The position numbers and the translations under genes are program-made. Below the pieces are notes generated by a model. That model did no database searches. It saw only the letters and a program-made list of their open reading frames with translations, and was not told the DNA's origin. Shown here one piece after another: positions 39,872 through 48,247 of a DNA stretch of 62,369 nucleotides; positions within the stretch are counted from its first letter, which is position 1; every line of letters begins with the position of its first letter. The stretch comes from Bacteroidia bacterium (GTDB lineage Bacteria; Bacteroidota; Bacteroidia; NS11-12g; UBA9320): assembly GCA_044339595.1 (NCBI GenBank), contig JBIIVF010000002.1:1-62369 (forward strand), in the 5' to 3' direction.

Positions 39872-40527
39872 CTTTTGATTTGTTCTGAAAGCCAAGTTTC
39901 TATCATAGGGTTGAGCTCCGGCCAGGCATATAAAGTCAGGTCGTGTCTTCCTTCAATCACTTTTGCATCCGGAATTTTTGATGGCGGGAATAATTCATCT
40001 TTCGCCCCATTGATATGCAGATAGGGGACCTCCGGCTTTACTTGCTCCCAGTTCACAACCTGCTCCGTGGCCCATTCACCAAACTTTTCGGATGTGTTTT
40101 GAAGCATGATATTGAAAAGATCAAAATCATGGTCAGATTTGAAATACATGCGGGCTCTGGGCATCATTTTCTTAAAAAGGCTAAAACCGGGTAACGGTAT
40201 ATGTTTGCCCAAACGCATCCATGATCGCATTTCAGAGGAGCATTTTATGGTAGAAAGATAGATGATTCCCTGAGGTTTGATGAGATGAGCGATCTCAGTG
40301 GAAATCATGCCTCCAAGTGAAATACCCATCAGAAAAAATGGATGATTTAAGTCAATGGAGGCAGATAATCTGCGGGCATATTGGCTAAAATTTTCATGCT
40401 CAAGCGGTTCAATGAAATCGAGGTAATGAACAGAAACCAAATCAGATTTAAACCCGGAGAACAATCTTCGGTCTGCGCCCAATCCGGGTAAACAATATAG
40501 ATTTGGAATCAACCCTTGGTTAGCCAT
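39868..40527 (-). CDS. Alpha/beta-fold hydrolase
   Basis: Nucleophile elbow GISLGG, with C-terminal Asp/His candidates (GAKDELF, GRHDL). Confidence 0.7.
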   Translation of the reverse strand: MANQGLIPNLYCLPGLGADRRLFSGFKSDLVSVHYLDFIEPLEHENFSQYARRLSASIDLNHPFFLMGISLGGMISTEIAHLIKPQGIIYLSTIKCSSEMRSWMRLGKHIPLPGFSLFKKMMPRARMYFKSDHDFDLFNIMLQNTSEKFGEWATEQVVNWEQVKPEVPYLHINGAKDELFPPSKIPDAKVIEGRHDLTLYAWPELNPMIETWLSEQIKR

Positions 40528-41815
40528 TCATGATGGTTTCAATTTCTTCTACTTCAATGGGCATGGATATTTCATCCATTAAATCGATATAGCCATTCTT
40601 CGTAATGAGAATGTTGTTTTCGATGCGAACACCAATACCTTCTTCTTTAATATAAATACCCGGTTCACAGGTGAATAGATTTCCGGCTTGCATGGGTTCA
40701 TAACGCATTCCGCTATCATGTACATCTACTCCCAGAAAATGTGAAGTGCCGTGCATGAAATACTTTTTATAGGCAGGCCAGGCCGGATCTTGTTTTTTGA
40801 TTTCGTCTAATGTGATGAGTTTTAAGTCGACCAATTCTTTCTCCATCATTTCACCAACCACTTTATGATATTCCATCAGCATGGTTCCGGGTTTGAGCAA
40901 TTGAGTGGCACCTCTCATGACCCTTAAAACAGCATTATACACATCTTTTTGTCTGGAGGAGAATTTTCCGTTGGCCGGCAAGCAACGGGTCATATCACTG
41001 GCATAGTTGGCATAGTCAACACCGCAATCTACTAAGATGAGGTGTCCGTCTTCTACTTGTTTGTTATTTTCGATATAGTGCAATACGCATGCATTGGGTC
41101 CACTGCCTACAATGGGTTCAAAGGAGTGGCCGTTGGCTCTGTTGCGAATATACTCATGGATGAGTTCGGCTTCAATTTCATGCTCCCATACGCCGGGTTT
41201 GGTGAATTTAAGGATTCTTTCCCAACCTTTTTTGCTGATACCGATGGCTTTTCTGTGCAATTCAATTTCATAGTCCGATTTAACAGACCTCAAACGTTGT
41301 AATGTTTTACCGGCACGTTGATATTGATGAAGTGGATAAAGTTTTTGGATTTCAAGGGCAAAGTCCAGGGCTTTATAAGGAGATTTGTGGGCATATCGAT
41401 CATTTTCATTCAAGGGAAGGCAGATAGTGTCGGCCATGTTGATAATCGGACGGAGGGTGTCCATATAGCCCTGATTCCAGAAAATATTCGGAATTCCGGA
41501 AGCGTGTGCGGCTTCTTGCTTGGTGTATTTATGTCCTTCCCAAACTGCAATTTTTTCATTGGTTTCGGTTAAAAACAGACATGCGCGATATTCAGGAATC
41601 GGACAATCCGGAAAAAGGACCAACACAGAGTATTCCTGATCAATGCCACACAACCAGAAAAAGTCGGAGTTCTGTTTAAATTTATAGTGGGCATCTCCAT
41701 TCCAAACATATTGATAATTCGAGTGAAAGATGGCGATGGTGCCCGGCGTCATTTGATCGGTAAAGCGTTTCCGGTTATGAATAAAAAGTTGAGAGTCGGG
41801 TTGTTCGTATTTCAT
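40520..41815 (-). CDS. pepP: Xaa-Pro aminopeptidase (M24B)
   Basis: LVDCGVDYANYASDMTR, HGTSHFLGVDVHD, CEPGIY and RIENN metal-ligand motifs. ATG 41815 (MKYEQPDS) is preferred over the track TTG at 41854. Confidence 0.85.
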   Translation of the reverse strand: MKYEQPDSQLFIHNRKRFTDQMTPGTIAIFHSNYQYVWNGDAHYKFKQNSDFFWLCGIDQEYSVLVLFPDCPIPEYRACLFLTETNEKIAVWEGHKYTKQEAAHASGIPNIFWNQGYMDTLRPIINMADTICLPLNENDRYAHKSPYKALDFALEIQKLYPLHQYQRAGKTLQRLRSVKSDYEIELHRKAIGISKKGWERILKFTKPGVWEHEIEAELIHEYIRNRANGHSFEPIVGSGPNACVLHYIENNKQVEDGHLILVDCGVDYANYASDMTRCLPANGKFSSRQKDVYNAVLRVMRGATQLLKPGTMLMEYHKVVGEMMEKELVDLKLITLDEIKKQDPAWPAYKKYFMHGTSHFLGVDVHDSGMRYEPMQAGNLFTCEPGIYIKEEGIGVRIENNILITKNGYIDLMDEISMPIEVEEIETIMNG

Positions 41816-41927
41816 GAAGGCAAAGTAAGTGATTGGCGGTGGTAAATCAAACAATCACGGATTCTGAACGTAATATTTATGGGTGACATCTCGCAACTAT
41901 ATCGGTGCTTGATCTTGTATTTGAGCT

Positions 41928-41961
41928 AAAAAAAAAAGCTGCCTTACATCGGTAAGACAGC
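41928..41961 (-). terminator. Rho-independent terminator of the peroxiredoxin gene
   Basis: On the minus strand, GCTGTCTTAC-CGAT-GTAAGGCAGC (9 of 10 bp paired) is followed by a 10-U run. Lies 26 nt after the stop. Confidence 0.65.
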
Positions 41962-41986
41962 CTTGATCTTATATTTCGCTAGAAAA

Positions 41987-42619
41987 TCAGTGTTTGCTGA
42001 GATAATTGGCTACCCCTTCGTGTGTAGCTTTCATAGCGTCTTTGCCTTCTTCCCAGTTGGCAGGACAAACTTCACCATACTCATCGAGGTGCTTCAAAGC
42101 ATCCAACATGCGCAAGGCTTCATTCACATTTCTGCCCAAAGGCAAATCGTTTACAATCTGATGGCGAACTTTACCGTTTTTGTCGATCAGGAATAATCCG
42201 CGGTATGCTACCATAGCACCGGTGGCTTCCAACAAACCATCTTCATTATATCCATAATCACCGGCCAGAATGCCATAATTGGTAGTAATAGTTTTAGTGG
42301 TATCCGCAACAATCGGGTAAGTAATTCCTTGAATTCCTCCTGCCTCTTTGCTCATCTGAAGCCAACCCCAGTGACTTTCCTCGGTGTCAGTGCTGCATGC
42401 AACTACTGCACAACCTTTGGCATGAAATTCCGCCAATTTATCCTGAAAAGCATGCAATTCTGTTGGACAAACGAAAGTGAAATCTTTCGGATAGAAAAAG
42501 AAAATTACATACTGATCGCCGAGATACTGCTCTAATGAGAAATTATGTACTACTTCCTCACCGTTCACCACTGCAGGTGCTTTGAATAACGGAGCTTGTT
42601 TTCCTACTAATACTGTCAT
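41987..42619 (-). CDS. ahpC: Typical 2-Cys peroxiredoxin (AhpC/Tsa family)
   Basis: Peroxidatic site FTFVCPTE. Resolving Cys in GEVCPANW. Confidence 0.9.
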   Translation of the reverse strand: MTVLVGKQAPLFKAPAVVNGEEVVHNFSLEQYLGDQYVIFFFYPKDFTFVCPTELHAFQDKLAEFHAKGCAVVACSTDTEESHWGWLQMSKEAGGIQGITYPIVADTTKTITTNYGILAGDYGYNEDGLLEATGAMVAYRGLFLIDKNGKVRHQIVNDLPLGRNVNEALRMLDALKHLDEYGEVCPANWEEGKDAMKATHEGVANYLSKH

Positions 42620-42800
42620 GATTTAAATTGATTTTATTACGGGTGCAAATTTAGATTTTGTTCACTTCTAACACATCTCCACGTTCAATTGTTCGTATAT
42701 TTTTTTCTTATCAGGAGATTTTATTTTTTTATCATTTGTTTAAATCAATTTCTTGACTATCTTTGTTAAGAAATTGTTAACACAAGATAAATTGAAAGTT

Positions 42801-43262
42801 ATGAAAAAGGAAATGTTCGTGTTTGTGATGGTGTTGTTTTCATCTGCTTTGTTTGCTCAGCATGATATGGCTTATGTCGATAATCAATTTGTCGACAGAA
42901 ACGGAATTCCGGTTACCGGAGAATATAAAATCACGTATGCGCCGAATGAAGTATCGGCTGATGTGCGTTTGGTAAGTGGAGTTATGAACGGACCGGCTGT
43001 GTATTTCTATTCAAATGGAGATATTAAGGAAGTGGCGAATTATGCCAATGGCCTAAAAAGCGGTGAAGTAATTCGTTACGCTGAAAATGGAAATATTCTT
43101 ATGCAGGCGCATTACCTGGATGGTAAAAAAGATGGCGTTTGGAAATTTTGGGATATCAACGGCAATCTCCGCATGAAGATTTCCTATACCAATGGTGAAA
43201 AATCAGGGGTTTGGAAACAATGGGATGAACGCGGTATCATAACCCTGAAAAAAAGATTCTAA
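42801..43262 (+). CDS. MORN-repeat-variant protein (YwqK-antitoxin-like family), secreted
   Basis: Signal peptide ...ALFAQ. Repeated G..NG....Y..NG..K......G.K.G.W..W units. The track ORF starts at TTG 42753. Confidence 0.65.
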   Translation: MKKEMFVFVMVLFSSALFAQHDMAYVDNQFVDRNGIPVTGEYKITYAPNEVSADVRLVSGVMNGPAVYFYSNGDIKEVANYANGLKSGEVIRYAENGNILMQAHYLDGKKDGVWKFWDINGNLRMKISYTNGEKSGVWKQWDERGIITLKKRF

Positions 43263-43833
43263 ATTCGAAAGGATTATCCGTTTTCTTTCCGAAAGTAAAG
43301 GTCAGCTGGGTGAGATGGCCTTGAATATTAATTGAGTTTTCTGATAATGAAGTGCATTCATGAATCATTGCAGAATCTGGCCTGCGGGTGGGAATTGGCC
43401 TTATTTGTCTTTTCGTGATCCGCTAGGTTATGGTGGCGTGAAAACCGATGATCCCATTGAGCAGAAAATACAGCGATGGGCGAACGACGATTGAACTCCG
43501 GTTTCATTTCTTTATATCGACTGACTAGCAAACTCAGGTAACCCAATTAAATATTAGAAGTGGCTCCCATCGTGGAAAGCGCCGCCATGGCTGTAGCGGA
43601 TAGAAAAGAGAAATACAGCCTTGACTTTTTTTGCTTCGTTTTTTTTGTCAAGAAAAAAAATGAAGTGGGGGTGCAATGCATATTTTCATTGTGAAATGAT
43701 GTTTGGGCAAAGCCCTGAAAATGTAATTACTGATATAGTCAATCATTCTGATGAGTTGATTGTGTCATATCTTTTCAATTTATAATTAATTGTAATTTTT
43801 TAGGTAAGCATGCGAATAACCATTAAATTCTAA

Positions 43834-44364
43834 TTAGAATTCCTGAATATCTCCGTAAAAACTGAGATAGGATCGGGCCAAATCTACATAAACGGAGGCG
43901 TTCTTGCGAATGGCTTCAATGGCACGGTCATCCAATGTTTTTATGACTTTGCCCGGACTCCCCAGAACCATAGAATAAGGTGGTATGATCGTATTCGCTG
44001 TAATCAGGGTATTTGCGCCGATGATACAGAATTCGCCAATTTGAGCGTCATTTAGGATCGTACTGTGCATTCCCACCAAAACGTGATGACCGATTCTGGC
44101 TCCATGCACCAGGGCCAAATGTCCCACAATACATTCATCGCCGATGATGGCCGGACATCCCGGATCTACATGTACCACAGCATTATCTTGAATATTGGTG
44201 CGTTGTCCTATATCGATCCGGTCGCTGTCCGCACGCAGAACAGCGCCAAACCAAACTGAACTTTCATCGCCAAGGGTCACATGACCGATGGTTGTTGCAT
44301 TGGGTGCGATAAATACATTTTTGCCTTTCTGCACTTGTTTGGATAATATTGCTGTGAGGTCCAT
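43834..44364 (-). CDS. Gamma-class carbonic anhydrase / hexapeptide-repeat protein (YrdA/PaaY-like)
   Basis: Left-handed beta-helix hexapeptide repeats with a His triad context (SVWFGAVLRAD, NAVVH, GHLALVHG). Start MDLTAIL at 44364. The longer track ORF (to 44499) overlaps hutI and was rejected. Confidence 0.85.
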   Translation of the reverse strand: MDLTAILSKQVQKGKNVFIAPNATTIGHVTLGDESSVWFGAVLRADSDRIDIGQRTNIQDNAVVHVDPGCPAIIGDECIVGHLALVHGARIGHHVLVGMHSTILNDAQIGEFCIIGANTLITANTIIPPYSMVLGSPGKVIKTLDDRAIEAIRKNASVYVDLARSYLSFYGDIQEF

Positions 44365-44377
44365 GATCCAAAAATAC

Positions 44378-45616
44378 ATGCAAAAATCATTAATCAACAT
44401 ACATTCTTTGGCAGGAATCTTACCGGAGGGTGTGGAGGTGCTTAAAGGCAACAACTTGGCAAAGCTGCATTGCCTTTCGAACGCATGGCTTCGAATCAAT
44501 CAAAAGAAGATAGAAGATTTCGGGACGATGGATACGTTCGTGCCCAATCCCGGAGAAGAAGTCATAGATTGTAAGGGCAGGATGGTTTTGCCTGCTTTTG
44601 TGGATTCGCATACCCATCTTGTTTTTGCCCATACCCGTGAGCAAGAATTTGAAGATCGACTCAATGGGATGACCTATCAACAAATTGCGGAAAGAGGAGG
44701 TGGAATTTTGAATTCGGCCATGGCATTGCGTCAGATGTCGGAAGATGAATTATATGCCAGAGCTTCAGCAAGGCTCAACCAAGTTATTGCCACCGGAACA
44801 GGCGGGATCGAAATTAAGAGCGGTTATGGTTTAAGCACGGATGCTGAGCTGAAAATGCTCCGGGTCGTTCGCCGATTGAAGGAAAATTTTCCAATTCCGG
44901 TGAAAGCGACATTTTTGGGAGCCCATGCTTTCCCTCTTGAATTTAAAGAAAATCCGGATGGTTACGTGGATGCAATCATCCATGATATGCTGCCGGCTGT
45001 GGCCGAAGAAAAGCTCGCAGATTATGTGGATGTTTTTTGTGAGAAGGGATATTTCAGCATCCCTCAAACCGATCGCATCCTTGAAGCCGCCTGCAAATAT
45101 GGATTGGTGCCTCGATTGCACGTGAATCAGTTTAATTCAATCGGTGGGGTTCAAGCCGCCCTTCGGCATCAAGCAGCCTCTGTAGATCATCTCGAAGTGG
45201 TGACCGATGAAGACATGGCAATTCTTGCCAATAGTTCGTGCATGGTTACTGCTTTGCCCGGATGTTCCTTCTTTTTGGGAATTCCCTATACACCCTTGCG
45301 TGAAATGATTCAAAGAAACATAGCCATCAATCTGGCAACCGATTACAACCCGGGTAGCACGCCTTCCGGCAATATGCAATTTGTGATGAGTTTGGCGTGC
45401 ATTCAGCAGAAACTCACCGTGAATGAAGCATTGAACGCCTGCACCATCAACGGGGCCGCTGCTTTGGGATTATCGGCACAAACGGGAAGCATCACACGCG
45501 GAAAACTCGCACAATTGATCATCACCAAACCGATGGCGAATTTGGCGCTGATGCCTTATCAGTATGGAGAGAATTGGGTGGAGTGGATGGTGCTGGAAGG
45601 GGAGGTTGGGAATTAG
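44378..45616 (+). CDS. hutI: Imidazolonepropionase
   Basis: FVDSHTHLVFA, ERGGGI, LHVNQF and ATDYNPGS motifs. Start is ATG 44378 or 44363; the track ORF begins at 44288. Confidence 0.9.
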   Translation: MQKSLINIHSLAGILPEGVEVLKGNNLAKLHCLSNAWLRINQKKIEDFGTMDTFVPNPGEEVIDCKGRMVLPAFVDSHTHLVFAHTREQEFEDRLNGMTYQQIAERGGGILNSAMALRQMSEDELYARASARLNQVIATGTGGIEIKSGYGLSTDAELKMLRVVRRLKENFPIPVKATFLGAHAFPLEFKENPDGYVDAIIHDMLPAVAEEKLADYVDVFCEKGYFSIPQTDRILEAACKYGLVPRLHVNQFNSIGGVQAALRHQAASVDHLEVVTDEDMAILANSSCMVTALPGCSFFLGIPYTPLREMIQRNIAINLATDYNPGSTPSGNMQFVMSLACIQQKLTVNEALNACTINGAAALGLSAQTGSITRGKLAQLIITKPMANLALMPYQYGENWVEWMVLEGEVGN

Positions 45617-45819
45617 GAATCATGGATTCTGTTAATTTACTTTTCAATTCGGAGTGTCTGCGATTTATTTAAACTTATATGGCAATATCTTCAATTGCCA
45701 AAAACTCATAAACCAAGTGATGTTGATGCAATTTATGGCCTTGAGAACAAGAGATTTTAAGGAGGTAGGCTGATTTTTGTCAGTCAAATCGTTTATTTTG
45801 ATCATGTGTGCCAGTTGAA

Positions 45820-45874
45820 CCAACCCTTCAAGGGACCGACACCCTTGAAGGGTTGGCCTCCCTTGAAGGGTTGG
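45820..45874. repeat. Three copies of a 15-mer (CCCTTGAAGGGTTGG), one inverted: a perfect 15-bp inverted repeat plus a direct repeat
   Basis: 45820-45834 CCAACCCTTCAAGGG is the exact reverse complement of 45842-45856. The identical 15-mer recurs at 45860-45874. Each copy contains the 11-nt palindrome CCCTTNAAGGG. Confidence 0.8.
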
Positions 45875-45885
45875 AGGTGGATGTT

Positions 45886-46039
45886 GGCAACGGGATGGCA
45901 GCGGTAGCCCACAGCGCGGGCGGCTTTGGCAAACATGGGCAAAAGCAAACGACCGAAGGAAGTTCTGATTTTGCCTTAGGTTTGGCTGCCGAACGTGCGA
46001 GGACTATGAGTGGACAGACCGCAAATTGCCCCTAAATTT
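45886..46039 (+). repeat. GC-rich 154-nt interspersed element, copy B
   Basis: GGCAACGGGATGGCAG...AAATTGCCCCTAAATTT. Same length and orientation as 19320-19473. Lies between convergent hutI and the heme lipoprotein gene. Confidence 0.6.
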
Positions 46040-46066
46040 TTAGATGCAAACAGAAATAAATATAAA

Positions 46067-46585
46067 CTAAGGATGGAGTGTAAAAGTCAAGGTATGATCT
46101 CTTGAACTGCCGGCAGAATGGCATCCGGCGCAGTCTTTTCCTTTGTCGGCAGGATCGTTTCTAACTTTACCGTCTTTAGTAAAACCGTACCAAAGCCAAC
46201 TGTTTTTTGCGTTGACATGAGTCTCGGCTTTTTTCATTACTATATAATCTGAAACTTTACCGCCTTCTATAATTTCCTTTAAAACGATGGCTCCTTCCTT
46301 AAATTTACCGCCGTCAGGGAGTTTGCCTGTAGAATCTAAAGAGCTAAGGGCAATGTTGTTAAATCTTAATTTAAACTCACCATGCGGACTGCTTCCTTTC
46401 GGACTCAGAATTTTATCTTCATTTTTATAGAAAACAAAACTGTTGTCATTTACTTCAGCATAGAGTCTTCCGATTTCAGAATCAGGGTCATCGGTGGCAT
46501 CTTCTTTACAAGATGAAAATAAAGAAGCCATGAGGCCAATGGACATTAGAATAACAAAAGCTGGAGATTTTTTTCTGATGATCAT
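46067..46585 (-). CDS. Lipoprotein with C-terminal CxxCH heme-binding motif (cytochrome P460-like)
   Basis: Lipobox LFSSCK and a CAGCH motif 20 residues from the C-terminus. NSWLWYGF resembles the P460-family aromatic motif. The family call is tentative. Confidence 0.5.
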   Translation of the reverse strand: MIIRKKSPAFVILMSIGLMASLFSSCKEDATDDPDSEIGRLYAEVNDNSFVFYKNEDKILSPKGSSPHGEFKLRFNNIALSSLDSTGKLPDGGKFKEGAIVLKEIIEGGKVSDYIVMKKAETHVNAKNSWLWYGFTKDGKVRNDPADKGKDCAGCHSAGSSRDHTLTFTLHP

Positions 46586-46722
46586 ATAGGCAAATATAGA
46601 AAATGGAGTCTAAGTAGCCGAACTAAAAATCTGCAAAACCTTGAAATAAGGATAAAATGATTGAAAAATGGCATTCAAAACATGCACTTTTGTGAATCTT
46701 TCATGGTTCATTGTTGAATCCT

Positions 46723-46730
46723 TATCTTTG
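46723..46730 (+). promoter_or_regulatory. Candidate -7 box (TATCTTTG) for mtaB; very short leader
   Basis: TAnnTTTG match ending 8 nt before ATG 46739. Confidence 0.4.
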
Positions 46731-46738
46731 CACCTGCA

Positions 46739-48043
46739 ATGCAAAAAAGTGTAGCTTTTTATACGTTGGGATGTAAGCTGAATTTCTCAGAAACATCCAC
46801 CATTGGGCGTCAATTGACGGATGCTGGTATGTGTCGTGTTGAATTTCAGGAAAAGGCCAACATCTATGTCATCAACACCTGTTCGGTGACTGAAAATGCC
46901 GATCGAAAGTGCAAAAAGGTGGTGCGAGAAGCCCTAAAAATTAATCCCGATGCCTTTGTGGTGATTGTGGGTTGTTATGCGCAGCTCAAACCCAAAGAAA
47001 TTGCTGAAATATCCGGGGTAGATCTTGTTTTGGGTGCCGCAGAAAAGTTTAATCTGCTAGAATACCTTACCGAAATATCCAAAAAGGATAAAGCAGAAGT
47101 TCATAATCGCAACATCAAGGAAACCAATATTTTTATACCCGGATTTTCAGCCGGAGACAGAACCCGTTCTTTTTTGAAGGTGCAGGATGGCTGTGATTAT
47201 TTCTGTTCATTTTGTACCATTCCTTTGGCCAGAGGTGCCAGCAGATCAGCTACGGTAGCTGAAACCTTGGAGGTGGCCCGGGAAGTTGCCAAAACAGGCG
47301 TGCGTGAAGTGGTTTTAACCGGCGTGAATATTGGGGATTTTGGCGTTCAACAGGGAGAAACACTGATGGATCTGATCAGAGAATTAGATCACATTCCGGG
47401 AATTGACCGATTTAGAATTTCTTCGATTGAGCCCAATTTGCTTACAGACGAAATCATCCAATTTGTGTCTACTTCTCAAAAATTTGTGCCGCATTTTCAT
47501 GTTCCGCTGCAAAGTGGGTCGGATAAGTTGCTCAAAATGATGCGCAGGAAATATGAGCGAAGTCTCTATGAAGAAAAGGTTGAAAAGATAAAAGAAGTTA
47601 TGCCGGATGCGGCTATAGGCGTAGATGTGATTGTCGGATTTCCGGGAGAAACGGAGGAAGATTTTCTGGAAACCTATGAATTTCTGGTGAATCTCGATGT
47701 TTCATACCTTCACGTCTTTCCTTATTCTGAAAGGGCCCGAACAACGGCAAAGAAACTCGAAGACAAAGTGCCTCAGCATATAAAAAATGATCGGGTTGCT
47801 CGTTTGAGAATTCTAAGTGAAAAGAAAAGACAGGCTTTTTACCGCCACCATTTGGGTAAAACGTACTCGGTGCTGTTTGAGGCCGAAGAAGACAAAGGTA
47901 AAATGTCGGGGTTTACTCAAAACTACATTAAAGTGGAAACAGATTATGATCCTTTGCTGGTGAATGAACTCATTTCCGCTGAATTACTGGAGATTACCCT
48001 TAATGGAAATGTATCGGCTGCTATTCAACAGATGGTTCATTAA
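46739..48043 (+). CDS. mtaB: tRNA t6A37 methylthiotransferase MtaB (radical SAM)
   Basis: N-terminal FYTLGCKLNFSE..NTCSVT Cys triad, radical SAM CDYFCSFCTIP, and a C-terminal TRAM-like region. Confidence 0.9.
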   Translation: MQKSVAFYTLGCKLNFSETSTIGRQLTDAGMCRVEFQEKANIYVINTCSVTENADRKCKKVVREALKINPDAFVVIVGCYAQLKPKEIAEISGVDLVLGAAEKFNLLEYLTEISKKDKAEVHNRNIKETNIFIPGFSAGDRTRSFLKVQDGCDYFCSFCTIPLARGASRSATVAETLEVAREVAKTGVREVVLTGVNIGDFGVQQGETLMDLIRELDHIPGIDRFRISSIEPNLLTDEIIQFVSTSQKFVPHFHVPLQSGSDKLLKMMRRKYERSLYEEKVEKIKEVMPDAAIGVDVIVGFPGETEEDFLETYEFLVNLDVSYLHVFPYSERARTTAKKLEDKVPQHIKNDRVARLRILSEKKRQAFYRHHLGKTYSVLFEAEEDKGKMSGFTQNYIKVETDYDPLLVNELISAELLEITLNGNVSAAIQQMVH

Positions 48044-48247
48044 ACCAAGAACCAGCACATAGAATTCTGAAACGAATAAGAAACTGTAAATAAATATTTT
48101 GCCAAGATTGATCAAATGGTTTATCTTGGGTTTAAAGCCAATTAACGGCGATGATTTTAGTTCCTAAAATGCGATCCGGTAATTTTGGATTAAAAGTTAA
48201 AATGGGATTTTCGGTCTTAAAGGGCTTAATTCGCAGTTAAAATTTCT

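Noticed and set aside
43358-43546. Minus-strand ORF of 62 aa in the long gap.
   Set aside because: It has no recognisable motif and odd composition, and it lies downstream of both flanking genes. It is kept only as part of the unexplained gap.
44365-44499. Upstream extension of the gamma-CA-like ORF (track 43834..44499) and of hutI (track start 44288), implying a 212-nt overlap of divergent genes.
   Set aside because: Family-typical N-termini begin at MDLTAIL (44364) and MIQKY/MQKSL (44363/44378). The extensions have no homology-like features.
45560-45640. Apparent heptad-like GG periodicity around the hutI stop (GGAGGTT GGGAATT AGGAATC ATGGATT).
   Set aside because: Most of it lies inside the hutI coding sequence, and the period is much less regular than at 56921-56987. 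It is not counted as a third array.
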